A DNA stretch of 62,041 nt, filler included, from Stramenopiles sp. TOSAG23-6 (taxonomy: Eukaryota): the NCBI GenBank assembly GCA_900128565.1. It is 11 parts of 11 records of this genome, joined end to end, with 100 filler letters (N's around TTAATTAATTAA, not from the genome) between each part and the next. Parts side by side here need not be neighbours in the genome. Positions count along the whole stretch, not along the records: positions 33,941 to 39,489 come from LT636885.1; positions 39,590 to 45,129 come from LT636886.1; positions 45,230 to 50,768 come from LT636887.1; 8 more parts are not named here. One strand, given 5' to 3'. Numbering within the stretch: the stretch's first letter is position 1; each line of letters opens with the position of its first letter. The notes beneath the pieces are model-generated. The model was given only the letters and a program-made list of their open reading frames with translations. It had not been told where the DNA came from and did no database searches. The position numbers and the translations under genes are program-made. Below are positions 35,094-47,148 of this stretch, in pieces.

Positions 35094-35658
35094 AATGAAA
35101 ATATTTACTGTATAGTAATATAGTAATATAGTAATATAGCTACAAATAGAATACACGAGAATATATACACACTACTACGTACTTATACCGAGTACGACAC
35201 ACACACAACACAAACAAACACACGACGAAAAATTTCAAATTTTTTCAAATTTCAAAATTTATCGGCGATTTTTGAATATTTTTTGAATATTTTCGCGGGA
35301 TTTTTAGATCTTTTAGGTTGTGGATTCCCTTTTTTTTTGAGGGTTTTGAGATATACCACATGGCTAAATTGATACTTTCAAATTGATAAATTGTATATAT
35401 AATTTTATAAAATATATAAGTATGAACAAAACTTAAATTATTTTTTATTGACTGTTATGTATTAAAAACTGATGCTCCAAAATATGTAATGAAAAAAATA
35501 TATATATTTTTTGACCCTCCTGGAGAATTTTTTTGACATTATATTATGTTGATGGATCAGAAAAAAAGGCCGTACCTACCTATGCATAAGTATGAAAAAC
35601 ACAATCTACCTAATTAGCTTTGTTATTGTGTAACTGCATCACCAGTAATAGTTCTAAA

Positions 35659-36720
35659 ATGGCGACCGGAAAGCATAGCGATACGCATGCATATCCCCGA
35701 ACTGCGTTTGATTATGGTTCACTTGGAAGAGGTTCGAGAGTCTACAGCAGCAGCAGCAATGACAAAAATAATTCACAAAATCTATCTGTATCGCAGAGTC
35801 TTAATTGGTTAAAGACTCATAATGAATCCGAATGTACTAGCGAAAGCCACGAATGTTGTAACTTTAATAAATTACATACCACTACAAACGTTCTCGTTCA
35901 GGTACGTGCCAATGAACTAATTACAATGGCAAGTGTAAACACTCTCTTGGCAATCATTTCATTACTTTATATTGTAGTAAACGTTGCCTGTGCTATTCTC
36001 AATTGCTTTAATAACGATTGTGATCCAACAGAGTTAGATTGTTCCCCTGCGACAACACCATTTACATTTCATGCACTTGAATTTGGTGCAACTTTTGTAT
36101 TTAATACTGTCGATGTATTCGCACTGTCTTATGCACCAATGACACTTTCTAACCAATATCGAAATCCTACTCTATTAAAACTTGTAGTACTTTTCAATGT
36201 GTGCGTCTCTGCATTAGCTTTTCTACTTGTCTTGATTAACCTACATAAATTTGAAATTTTCTCACATGAATTGGAATATTCAAATGAAGTGACGATTGCA
36301 ATATTTGACGCCATTATTTTACTTAATTTATTGGAAGGTCGATCAAAAAAAAAATCATTTACACGACCTAGATTTATGATGTGGCTGACAACGTGTGGAG
36401 CATTTTGTCTTTCAGCCATCCAACTCTCTATCTATAATTTTAGTGGATGGAAAGATGGAAAATCAAATGGTGAAGTATTTAGAATTTTTTAGAATTTTTT
36501 TTTAGTTTTTCATACGAAATTTTGTACCTAACAAAAAAAATCAAATTTTTTTGAAATATTTTTTACTGTACAAGTACCAGCTCATTTTTTAGAATTTTTT
36601 TTTGGTGTTGTTTCAGCTGGAATTACATTTTGGTTTACAATGGATAATAAAATTGTAGCAGAAAAAAGATTACGTGATATTATGTATGAAACAAATCCTA
36701 TAATTACTCCTATTGTTTAA
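35659..36720 (+). CDS. Multi-pass membrane protein of unknown function; exons 35659-36474 and 36574-36720
   Basis: About 6 hydrophobic helices; splicing gives NGE|VPAHFLEFFFGVVSAGITFWF. Confidence 0.75.
36475..36573 (+). mobile_element. Introner-like intron, GT..AA
   Basis: gaa|GTATTT...CATACGAAATTTTGTACCTAAC...TACTGTACAA|gta; AA direct repeat. Confidence 0.85.
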
Positions 36721-36804
36721 GTAGGAAATTTCGTAGTTTATTTTGTATGAAACAAATCCTATAATTACTCCTATTGTTTAAGTAGGAAATTTTGTAGTTT
36801 ATTT
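36683..36804 (+). repeat. 61-bp tandem duplication spanning a stop codon
   Basis: TGTATGAAACAAATCCTATAATTACTCCTATTGTTTAAGTAGGAAATTT... x2. Confidence 0.85.
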
Positions 36805-37220
36805 TTGAGTATTTTAGATGTAAGTGAATAAATTGTAAACAAAAATTTGTACTTTTACAGTTGAAAATTTGAAATGTAATAGAGAATTGTTAGGGTTAGG
36901 GTTAGGGAGTAGTAGAAAATTCAAAATTGAGAATTATGTAAGAATGTTTAGGAGATTATAAATTCAACAATAAAAGTACTTGGGAAGGATGAATTTCACA
37001 TGTTTGAAAAATCCCAAAAAAGAAAAAAAAGGAACTCCTCTTTAAAATGGCACAAACCTGTTTTGGTTTTCAATTTTTTGAAATTTGAAATTTGAAAAAT
37101 TTCAAATTTTTTTCTGTCGTACTTTTCACTCTAGTACTATAATACGTATAGTACAGTCGTCGAAGATATATAATACTTCAACATCGTTAACTTGACGTGC
37201 ACAATAACATTTTGACAAGA

Positions 37221-38936
37221 ATGATCTTTATTCTAAATATTTTATTCATTTTACATGTTGTTGTTGAGTTATCCATTAGTAGTTCTATTGGTTCTATTCT
37301 TTCTTTTGACTCTCCAACAAAACTAAAAAAAACACAACAACAACAACGCCTACAACAACAACAACCACAATATATAGATCAAGAGCATCTTATAACCGCT
37401 CATCATCAAACAAAATTTACTCAAAATGATCAAAAAGAACAAACAGGAAGAAAGAAGTTATTTTCATTTCGACAAACTCATGTTGTTACTAATCGTATTA
37501 CTCATGATAAAAAGATGGTTCAAAACCTACAAAACCTAAAAGGAACACTTACAAAAACGTCTCAGATCAATCAAAGTAATGATATAGAATCATCCAAAGC
37601 ACCGAATACAAATGATTTAAATGGATTAAACAGTTTTGAACAAAAGTTACAAATAATAAGTAATGAATTAAAGAATTTGTATGAATATGAATCGACTCAT
37701 ACTTGTTGTATGGGAAACATGAAACGACGTAAAAAATGTCTCATACAAAACAATCAACTTTGGGATAAATATTGTAATCCTAATCAAAAAATGTTTGAAT
37801 CCTGGATGGACCTTGAGACAAAAATAAAAGAGGCAGAAGAAGAAAAAAAGAAATGTGAATTACATTTGAAGAATATGAAATTAACAACAACACCTACAAC
37901 ACCTACAGGAACAACACCTGCAACACCTACAGGAACAACACCTGCAACACCTACAGGAACAACAACACCTACAACACCTACAGGAACAACAACAACAACA
38001 CCTACAACAACAACAACACCTATAGGAACAACAATGCACAGATCAGGAATACAACAACAAATGGTAGTTAGTGGTACACAAACAAGTAATACTAAAATGG
38101 TAGCTAGTGGCACACAAACAAGTAATACTACACAACAAGATTTAATAAAATCATTAAAAGCAGAAAATGATGCTTTAAAAAAAGACCAAGAGCAAGAAAG
38201 TAGAATGTATGCATTTGAGAAAGAAAATGATGCTTTGCGAGAGAGAAATGAAACTCTTTATAATGAAAATGAAAAATTACGACAAAAGGAAGAAAATTTA
38301 AATGAAGAAAATTTTATTCCATCAGATGGGTCAAATTCTCCACTGCCTCTTGTACAAAATGCACAAAGTGAAACAAATCCTCCATTGCCTCTTGTACAAA
38401 ATGCACAAAGTGAAACAAATCCTCCACTGCCTCTTGTACAAAATGCACAAAGTGAAACAAATTCTCCATTGCCTCTTGTACAAAATGTGGTAAAAACACA
38501 AAATAAAAAAGATGAAAACTTTCGAAAAAATAATAATTTAATTGGTAATGATGCTAATTCAAATTCTATACTTCAACTTATTGACACAATTCAATCGGCA
38601 ATCCGTCTTTTTAAGTCTGCTGCAAAAATACCAAAAATGAACAACAATGATGATAATGATGATATTGCTGCTGCTGATGATAATGATGATATTGCTGCTA
38701 ATGATAATGATGATGATACTGCTGCTAATGATAATGATGATGATACTGCTGCTGATGATGATAACGATGATACTGCTGCTTATGATGATAACGATGATGA
38801 TACTGCTGCTTATGATAACGATGATGATGATGAAAAAACTGAAGAAGAGAGAGAGGAGGAAGAAAGCACAGAAGATTCACTTAATAACTCCAATGAAGCA
38901 AAAAAAAAGGATATTTTATTTTCTAAAATCATTTAG
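37221..38936 (+). CDS. Secreted low-complexity protein (Thr/Pro, coiled-coil, PLPLVQNAQSETN and Asp-rich repeats)
   Basis: Long intronless ORF with a hydrophobic leader. Confidence 0.7.
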   Translation: MIFILNILFILHVVVELSISSSIGSILSFDSPTKLKKTQQQQRLQQQQPQYIDQEHLITAHHQTKFTQNDQKEQTGRKKLFSFRQTHVVTNRITHDKKMVQNLQNLKGTLTKTSQINQSNDIESSKAPNTNDLNGLNSFEQKLQIISNELKNLYEYESTHTCCMGNMKRRKKCLIQNNQLWDKYCNPNQKMFESWMDLETKIKEAEEEKKKCELHLKNMKLTTTPTTPTGTTPATPTGTTPATPTGTTTPTTPTGTTTTTPTTTTTPIGTTMHRSGIQQQMVVSGTQTSNTKMVASGTQTSNTTQQDLIKSLKAENDALKKDQEQESRMYAFEKENDALRERNETLYNENEKLRQKEENLNEENFIPSDGSNSPLPLVQNAQSETNPPLPLVQNAQSETNPPLPLVQNAQSETNSPLPLVQNVVKTQNKKDENFRKNNNLIGNDANSNSILQLIDTIQSAIRLFKSAAKIPKMNNNDDNDDIAAADDNDDIAANDNDDDTAANDNDDDTAADDDNDDTAAYDDNDDDTAAYDNDDDDEKTEEEREEEESTEDSLNNSNEAKKKDILFSKII

Positions 38937-39135
38937 TAAAACAAATTATTGAGTAAAATAAAAGAGCAAGTGCGGACGTTTGTTGTGTTTAAAAATTATC
39001 TGTCTTTTTCTTTTATATTTCTTCTATTTGTCAGTTAAAGAGCAAAAAAAACATTTAATTTAATCAAAAAAAAAAATGGGAAAAAAAAATTTTATTGATG
39101 AAAATTTTTTAAAATAAAATTGAACTTCTCGTATA

Positions 39136-39417
39136 TTATGCATAACTCATAGTGACTGTTCTATTTACTGGAATTATATTAGGAACACGAATCATATAAT
39201 TTTTACCGTCTGGTGCTGCGACAGTCAATTGTTGACCGGGTACCACATCATGAGGTAAAGTAACTTGCAAAGAATGTCCAATATTTTCAGCAGATAGAGA
39301 AGGTACTGATGTTGAACTAGCCAATGATGCAGCTATAGCTGCAGCTAAATCTTTATCTTCTTGAATTCTTGATTGGTCTTCATTTGCATCTTTACTTTTT
39401 GTTACAGTAGAAGTATC
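39136..39417 (-). CDS. Last exon of a UIM-containing protein
   Basis: Follows an intron end CACAATACAT; EDKDLAAAIAASL is UIM-like; then LQVTLPHDVVPGQQLTVAAPDG. Confidence 0.65.
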   Translation of the reverse strand, partial: DTSTVTKSKDANEDQSRIQEDKDLAAAIAASLASSTSVPSLSAENIGHSLQVTLPHDVVPGQQLTVAAPDGKNYMIRVPNIIPVNRTVTMSYA

Positions 39418-39642
39418 ATGTATTGTGAAAAAAATGTAGGTGTTGTTGTTAATTTCATATTCTTCAAATGTAATTCACATTTCTTTTTTNNNNNNNNNNN
39501 NNNNNNNNNNNNNNNNNNNNNNNNNNNNNNNNNTTAATTAATTAANNNNNNNNNNNNNNNNNNNNNNNNNNNNNNNNNNNNNNNNNNNNTTGTACCTAAC
39601 AAATTTTAGTTTTTTTTTTTGAAATATTTTTCCAAAATACAT

Positions 39643-40703
39643 GTGCCGTCCGTCAAGCGGTAAGCCTTTTCAATAAAACATGTTTTGAGGCAATTAATGG
39701 TCCCATTAATGATATGTTGAAAAAAGCAAAAAATGAGCTGGAACAGATGAAAGCTGATATCCTTGGGAAAGCGGAAGAGAATTGTGCGGAAAGTTTAATT
39801 GCTGCTCAAAGTTTACCGGGTATCGATGATGGCGTGTTTGCTAAAGTTATTCCTCAAGTTCTCGGTGCTGCCTTATGCCAGTTTGATAAATTAGATACAA
39901 AAGTTATAGAAGTTGTACGTGAGTGTACCATTGAAGCAGTAGAACGTTGTGAACATGTACGTTTTCAATATTGAATGTATTTGTAGTTTTTTTTAGTACG
40001 AAATTTTGTACCTAACAAGTTTTTTTTTCAATTTCGAATTTATTTTTTCACAATACATCAAGCTTTCGTAAAGGGTTTATTTGTTGCAGATTCAGCGGCG
40101 TCTAAGTTATTGACATATCAGTATAATAAATCAGAATCCCAGAATAAGCCACAAAAGGATGCAAGTCGTCAAAACTCAATAAACACAATAAATTCACAAC
40201 CGAATGTTTCAGGTGCATGTATGTTTTATTTTTTTTTTAACAAAAAATCGATTTTTTTTTTTTGGTTTTTATAAAATTTAATTTTTTTTTTTGAAATATT
40301 TTTCAAAATACATTACTTATTCCTCAAAGTGGAACTGTTAATATGAATATGGGTGCAATGAATATTTCACAGCCTGATCAAGGAAATAATATCCCGCAGA
40401 TGGGTACAATTAATATCACACAGCCTGATCAAGGAAATAGTATACAACAACAACAAATGCTTCAACAAATGCAAATGCAACAACTACAGCAACAACAGCA
40501 ATTTCAGAGACGAAGCATCGCATCTCAACCTCCGTTTCAACAGCAACAGTCCAACCAGCAGCAACAATTCCAACCACAAACACTCCAACGCGGGCTATCT
40601 CAGACACCTACTCCTCCTGGGATTCCGACATCATTGTCATCTAATAATGTCAACCAGATTCAACAGCTTCAACAGCAACAAATTCTTCAACAAATGCAAC
40701 TTC

Positions 40704-40747
<44 letters not shown>

Positions 40748-42246
40748 ATGCTACAGATGCAACTTCAGCAGCAGCAAAATCAGCCATTCCAACAACAACA
40801 AATGCTTCAACAAATGCAACTTCAGCAACAGCAGAGTCAATCTTTGCAGCGACAGCAAAGTCAACCATTTCAACAACAGCAGCAGCAACAACAGCAAATG
40901 CTTCAGCAAATGCAACTTCAACAACAGCATCAACAACAACAACAACAACAACAACAACAAATGCTTCAACAAATGCAAATGCAACAACAGCCACAACACC
41001 AACAACAACAGATGCTCCAGCAAGTTGTACAGCAGCAACAACCGCAACCAGTCGTGCAACAGCAACAACAAGTCGTACAACAACAAGTCGNACAGCAACA
41101 ACAACCTCAACAACAAGTCGTACAACAACAAGTCGTACAACAGCAACAACCTCAACAACAAGTCGTAGAGCAACAACCACAGCAAGTCGCACAGCAACAA
41201 CAACCTCAACAACAAGTCGTACAACAAAAGCAACAACAGCAGCCACCACAGTTGCGTCAAATATCTCAACCACAGTTACAAGCACCTCAGTTTGAGTATG
41301 TTCGACCTCAAAACCAGACAGTTCCTCGTGCTACATCTGGTAATGAAGTAACTAAGCAGAATCAAACAGTTCCTAGACCCCGTGCTACATCTGCTCAGTC
41401 GGTAAGACTTTCGAGTGCACCAGCTACTCCCCCTATGAAACGACGTGAGAGTTTGAAATCGATTAATGTTACTCGAAGTCCTGCAACTGAGTTGCTTGAA
41501 AGAAACACCAATCAATTATTTTCCTCTAAAAATCAAAATGTAGCAAAACAAACGAAAAGTTCTAATAGTAAAGTAGCAACTATCAATCCGCGCAAATCCA
41601 TCGAAAAAATGGAAGAATTAACCAGAAGAAACGAAGGAAATGTATGTTTTCATTTTCTATTGCCTAACCTTAACCCTAATTTTCTATTGCGATTTTTTTT
41701 TTCATACCAAATTTTGTACCTAACAAATTTCAATTTTTGAAATATTTTCCCACAATATATGAACATGACATGACACTAGCAATGTTAAATTGTCTTGATG
41801 GTTTCAGTATGGAATCGAAGGTTCCTCCGCCACCACCACCCTCCAAGAAGCAAAGTTTGCCCAAAATAAATGTTAACACTGATAAAATTGACATATCAAA
41901 ACTGGCTTCATACGAAAAAGACATGCTTGACACATTGCCATCACCTGAAGATGGTGGTTGGGAATCTCCGTCTGGTAACACAGGCTTTGTTCCACACCCT
42001 TCGTTAGATGGAGATGTGGATCTTTTAGATTTGCCAACTTCATTGGCCGCATCAGCTTTATCGCCCACAAATTCAGGTGACAACGAATCTGGTGGTTGGA
42101 AATCGCCAACGGGGACGACAGGTTTTGTACCACCAACTAGCGATAGTGATCTTTTAGATTTGGATTTAAATGGTGTAGAGAATACTAGTAAGGGTGAGGG
42201 TGTTAATGAATTTGATGATATAGATGGTACTTCTAACATATCTTAA
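39643..42246 (+). CDS. Polyglutamine-rich protein, 5'-partial; exons 39643-39956, 40059-40218, 40314-41641, 41761-42246
   Basis: Four exons join in frame once the family inserts are removed. Confidence 0.75.
39957..40058 (+). mobile_element. Introner-like intron, GT..AT
   Basis: acat|GTACGTTTT...CACAATACAT|caa. Confidence 0.88.
40219..40313 (+). mobile_element. Introner-like intron lacking the core motif, GT..AT
   Basis: gcat|GTATGTTTT...TTTTGAAATATTTTTCAAAATACAT|ta; frame restored. Confidence 0.8.
41642..41760 (+). mobile_element. Introner-like intron, GT..AT
   Basis: aat|GTATGTTTT...GTACCTAAC...CACAATATAT|gaa. Confidence 0.85.
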
Positions 42247-42452
42247 TATAAAAAACATTGTTGAACAATTTTTACGTTTTTTTTTTTTTGGTGTTCAAAA
42301 ATTTGTTAGGTACAAAATTTCGTACGAAAAAAATATTTTTACATCTGAGATGAATAAAGAAAAAATATATAGTCAATAGACTTTATAAAGAACAACATTT
42401 GATACATACTATAACATAAAGCATGCTACAAATAACATTACTCGAGAAAACT

Positions 42453-43013
42453 TTATGCCTCCTCACACCACTTATTTTCCTCGCGAACTTTAGCCTCCTC
42501 TTCAGGTGTAAAATCATTGACGATATTAAATGTTTTACGTATTTCCTCCGGCGTCTTCCCTTTAATCATTGAGGCAACTTTTGCACATGTAAGATCCAAG
42601 AGAGATTTGATATCCATGTAATTCGCAGCAAGAATGAGTTCGAAAAGAAGCTCCTGCTCAATGTCAACGAACTTTGCGTCCCATTCTGGAACAACATCCT
42701 CCATTTTGGAGCTTTTTAGTGGTTTCTCAATCTCAGGCATAGGGGAACTAACGTGATGTTTACAGAATTCAATTACTTTACCTAAGACTTCGGATTTTAC
42801 GTTAGGTAAAGGAATCTCCTGCTCATCATTATCAGAATCATCAGAGTCCTTGTCGTCACCATCATCGTCACCACCAATCATTGTTTTCACTAGTTCCGAC
42901 ATGCGCGCGACAGCTCCATCAATCTCGAACTGTTCGCCTTCCTGAGAAGTAAGCGTAACTTTTTGTGGTACTTTAACCGCCGCTGGTGCTTCCTTGCTTT
43001 CTTGGGTAGACAT
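42453..43013 (-). CDS. SKP1: S-phase kinase-associated protein 1 (SCF subunit)
   Basis: IPLPNV...[48 protein letters not shown]...ENKW; intronless. Confidence 0.98.
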   Translation of the reverse strand: MSTQESKEAPAAVKVPQKVTLTSQEGEQFEIDGAVARMSELVKTMIGGDDDGDDKDSDDSDNDEQEIPLPNVKSEVLGKVIEFCKHHVSSPMPEIEKPLKSSKMEDVVPEWDAKFVDIEQELLFELILAANYMDIKSLLDLTCAKVASMIKGKTPEEIRKTFNIVNDFTPEEEAKVREENKWCEEA

Positions 43014-43477
43014 TGTTGCAATGTTCCACGAAATTAAATGACGCGGGTGATAATCTCAAATCAAAAAATTTTGCGGACTCGTACTCGTGTGTAAATTCCA
43101 GCTTTGAGAACAAACACTATTACCTCTGAAGCGATTATTGACTCAAAGAAAGAATAATAATTCTGATCTATTATGGTCCCGGGTACCACTAGTACGATGC
43201 GTTTCAAGTTCAACTTCCTTTCAACTTCCATGGGTGTCAAAATCCACTAACCTTTAAGTTAGCTATAGAGGCTACTCTATTTTGTTATGGTCTATAAAGT
43301 ATATTCAACAATTCTTTCACAATAGACAAATGTTGACATGATGCTAGTGTTATATTCGAAGCACCAAAGAAGCACAATATTGCATCTTATCATTTGGGGT
43401 ATTGGATCTGTGTATATATCACTTATTTAGCAATAGTATCCTTAAAAAAACTATTTCAACTATAGTGAAAAGTGAGA

Positions 43478-44930
43478 ATGACAGACATTAGAAAACATAC
43501 ATACCTTGATATTGAACAACTTTCTTCTTTAAATAGCATATTAAAAAGTGATTCTATTGAAGGTAAGTCTAGAGTAATTGATGAACTACATCGTGTTATA
43601 TCGACGATGAATACTACACATGTAACATTAGAGCAAAAAAGAGTCTGTTTGACCTTAATTGCTTCTACTGCTCGGGTCTGCGTACAGAATGAAGACCACA
43701 CTTCTATAGAAAGTCTTTGGGCAGGTGTTCAAGCACTTGATGAAACTTTTGAAGAGCTATTCAACCAAGAAATTACAAGCGAGCCATCAATTTATGAAGA
43801 GAACAAATCTTTATTATTTCAATATAGCATTATACTCATTCTATTTCGATTAGGCGAATATCAACTAACAGGACCTGATATTTTGGAGTTGTTTAGTGAT
43901 AGTGTAACTGACCCTATTGAAAGGCTTTCTTTAGCTACGAGTACATTGGTGTGTTTGTATGTAAATACTGTACAGTCTAATGAAATTCGTTTGAATATTG
44001 GTATTTTATCTGCAGTCCATGACCTCACTTTAGCTACCACTCATTTCATTGCATCAGAAAAAGGTAATGTTGAAGATAGTGTCACATTTGAATCATTGAC
44101 TAGTTCTAAGAAATATTCCTTTAAAAAGAAACGTCGTCGTAAACGTAAAGGGCAAATTCCTATAAACAGTAAAAAGTTGGATATATCTAAACTCACTAAA
44201 ATTTATGGTAGAAGTGTAAACGTTATTATTAAATCTTTGCTCACCTCAATTCCTATTGAAGATAAGATTGAGGAACCTAACATGCATAAAACATTTTTTA
44301 GTGAACTTACATATGACATGCATAAACGTATTTCATCATTTGTGTGTCACCATATGAAAATATCTCCTAGAAGTGTCAAATCAACTGGTACTCTGCAAAA
44401 TCGAAATTCTTTAGGTATCAAAATGAGTACAGATTCTCAAAATTCAATTTCTAATGTACTGCATGCCACACCTCTGGAGAAAGCACTCTTTACTATGATT
44501 AATCAAACTAAAAGAACAAATATAACAAATACAAGAAATGTAGATAAAACAATTAAAGATTTGACTGAAATACAAGAATATGGAACTATTTCATTGCGTT
44601 TGGTATGTACTTTTTAATTTTTTGAAATTCGAATTTATTTTTTTTTCGTACGAAATTTTGTACCTAACGATTTTCCCAACAAACAAAAAATATTTTTCAC
44701 AATGTATATGCTCTTCTCATTCACGTAAGTTTTCATCATCAACTTTAAAAAACAAAATTTTGAACCCTAACCCTAATTTCATCATGAATTTCAAATTTTT
44801 TTTTTTTTCATAGAAAATTCCGTACCTAATAAATTTTGAATTTGGGATATTTTTCCACAGTGAATGGTACAGAGTATAGCAAAAAAATACGAGGAATTCT
44901 CTGTACGACTAAATTCATAGCTTGCGCGAT
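43478..44930 (+). CDS. Hypothetical alpha-helical protein, 3'-partial; exons 43478-44606, 44708-44724, 44866-44930
   Basis: Splicing gives SLRLV|YALLIH|GTEYSKKIRGILCTTKFIACA; the next intron starts ATATGT at 44931. Confidence 0.65.
44607..44707 (+). mobile_element. Introner-like intron, GT..AT
   Basis: gtat|GTACTTTT...CACAATGTAT|at; GTAT direct repeat. Confidence 0.8.
44725..44865 (+). mobile_element. Introner-like intron, GT..AT
   Basis: cac|GTAAGT...CGTACCTAAT...CACAGTGAAT|ggt; contains CCCTAACCCTAA. Confidence 0.7.
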
Positions 44931-45292
44931 ATATGTTTTCATTTTAAATTTTATTGTTGACATTTATTATTCAATTTTATTATTTTTTTTTTGATTTCAA
45001 TTTTTGCATCATTCCTGACGAATTTCAATTTTTTTTTTTTTTTTTTTTTTTATGAAATTTTTTACCTAAAAAAAAAAAAAATTTTACAAAAAAAAAAAAA
45101 AAAAAAAAATTTTTAAAAAAAAAAAAAAANNNNNNNNNNNNNNNNNNNNNNNNNNNNNNNNNNNNNNNNNNNNTTAATTAATTAANNNNNNNNNNNNNNN
45201 NNNNNNNNNNNNNNNNNNNNNNNNNNNNNTTAGGTACAAAATTTCGTACGAAAAATAAATTCGAAATTGAAAAAAATAAAAATAAAACATAC

Positions 45293-46831
45293 ATACATTC
45301 TATCATATCAGAAAAACTAAAATTTGGATTTTTTGGATGTTTTGGATTCAATGTATCAAATGTGGGTGTGATTTTTTGAAATGGAGGGTAAGGTGCATTC
45401 ACATCAAATTCGTATTTTGGGGGAAATATTTTTAAAATTTAAATTTTTTTTGTTAGGTACAAAAATTTGTATGAAAAGAAATCAAATAAATTTGAAATAA
45501 TGAAAACGTATATGATATGAAATATTGAAAATTTTGAGAAATAGTGTAAGTCCCATCATAGCTGCTAATTCTGATGCCCCTAAATTCGTAGTTAAATTCG
45601 TATATATTGTGAAAAAAAAAAAAATTTGTTTTAAAAAAATTTGTTAGGTACAAAATTTTATATGAAAAAAGTAAATTTGAAATTCATGATGAAAACGTAC
45701 ATATTTTTTCGTATAGTTTTGATTAGACATAGGCCTATTTACACGTAATTGCGGTGTGTATTCTATAGCACTACGAAAATACAAAATAGCCATACGTAGC
45801 CTCTTGTGAAGGTCTACTCTATTACTTTCAACTGAAGTAGATCTCAATTCTAAAATTCCATCGATAAAAAATTTATTCGCAGGACTATATAATTTTGAAG
45901 TTTTGCAAATTGAGACAAGTCCAGCAATTGGGTCTTGAGTGTGTCTTTCTTTTATTGTATCTTCCATCTTCTGAATCTTTTCCCGGAAAAACTTGGCCCT
46001 TTTGTCTGACGCATCGATGCCAGAAGAATTCAATAGTGCAACACTTTGCAGTAAGAAAAATTCAAATTCATTCGGATGGTGTATTTTAGAAAAATATTTC
46101 AAAAAAATAATTCAAAATTTCGTTAGGTACAAAATTTCGTACGAAAACAATTTCGAATTTGAAAAAAAAATGAAACATACGTGTATGTGCAAATTATGAT
46201 TTAACATGTACTCATATGCTCGACTTAACCAAACGATTACATTATTAGATTTGGAGTCGTTTATTGTATCACCTTTAGTATAAGATAACGAAAAAAGGTA
46301 AACAAATCCTTCAAGGAGAAACTGATTCTTATCTAGTAAAATAATTTTCTGAGTATAGTAATGCTTAAAAGTAATCAAAGAATATACAGGATACATTCCG
46401 GTTACCAAAGGACACAGTGAAAATGTTGCTGCTTCCTGGTGTGTATGTTTCTCTGTTGAAAAAGACGGTGACTGATTATCATTAGTTTCTAAAAGAAGCT
46501 GTATTTTTTTCACTTCGGAATGCAAGAAAGTATTGAATGGATACAAATGCAATGCCAGAGAAAGATGACGAGTTGCATCGAATAATTTTCCAGTATCGCG
46601 ATACCAGATATACATATTTTCATAATCTTCTTCACTTGGAATATCTCTTTGACCAAGTGGAAATGTCAACTGCTTCAAAAGTGAATACGAATCGGTGCTA
46701 GATGTTCCGGCAAGGGAATTCCGCAAAGCCAATCTTTCAGTAGTCGGTATAAATGTTGCTTGAACTTCTATACATTGTATAAAACATACTGCGATTAAAT
46801 AAATACAGAAATTCGTTTCAAAGCAACTCAT
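45293..46831 (-). CDS. Secreted helical (TPR-like) protein, 3'-partial; exons 46831-46181, 46078-45701, 45601-45512, ~45411-45293
   Basis: Signal-peptide-like leader; junctions IH|HPNE, KKY|TNLT and YH|EFDV. Confidence 0.65.
45412..45511 (-). mobile_element. Introner-like intron; the frame favours AT..AC
   Basis: cat|ATACGTTTT...GTACCTAAC...CCAAAATAC|gaa ttt gat. Confidence 0.7.
45602..45700 (-). mobile_element. Introner-like intron, GT..AT
   Basis: aatat|GTACGTTTT...CACAATATAT|acg. Confidence 0.82.
46079..46180 (-). mobile_element. Introner-like intron, GT..AC (NN = AC)
   Basis: atacac|GTATGT...AAAATACAC|cat; ATACAC direct repeat. Confidence 0.85.
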
Positions 46832-46981
46832 TGATCAGCTTGTGATATAAAATTCTCCTCAAATATTGTTGACTTTGATGTTCTACTGGAAAAATAGTTT
46901 ATTGAACCAAAAAAGTTATTTTGTGCCATTTCTTTCCATTTTTTTTGACTCCTTCCTTCGCGTTTGAAAAAAAATGCGGCA

Positions 46982-47010
46982 TTAGGGTTAGGTTAGGGTT
47001 AGGGTTAGGG
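46982..47010 (+). repeat. Interstitial telomere-like (TTAGGG)n tract
   Basis: TTAGGGTTAGGTTAGGGTTAGGGTTAGGG between divergent genes; similar tract at 36890-36907. Confidence 0.85.
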
Positions 47011-47148
47011 ACATATATATTTTTGTACCCAAGCTGATACCGAGTCGGAATATAGGTTCCTACATCCCGCAATTCAATTCCCGACACATTCAACCTCTGT
47101 AATAAAATCAAATCCTTGTTCATCACGTCGTTCTCATATCACAGGAGC

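Noticed and set aside
40416-41285. Val/Leu/Asn-rich overlapping ORFs
   Set aside because: Shadow frames of the CAA/CAG polyglutamine tract; the same applies to the antisense ORFs over other low-complexity regions.
42453-43013. Alternative genetic code as the cause of fragmented ORFs
   Set aside because: SKP1, SmF and HGSNAT translate fully with the standard code; the breaks coincide with the inserts.
44607-46180. Nucleosome-length periodicity of intron spacing
   Set aside because: Start-to-start distances of closely spaced copies range from about 118 to 315 nt, with too few cases to support a period.
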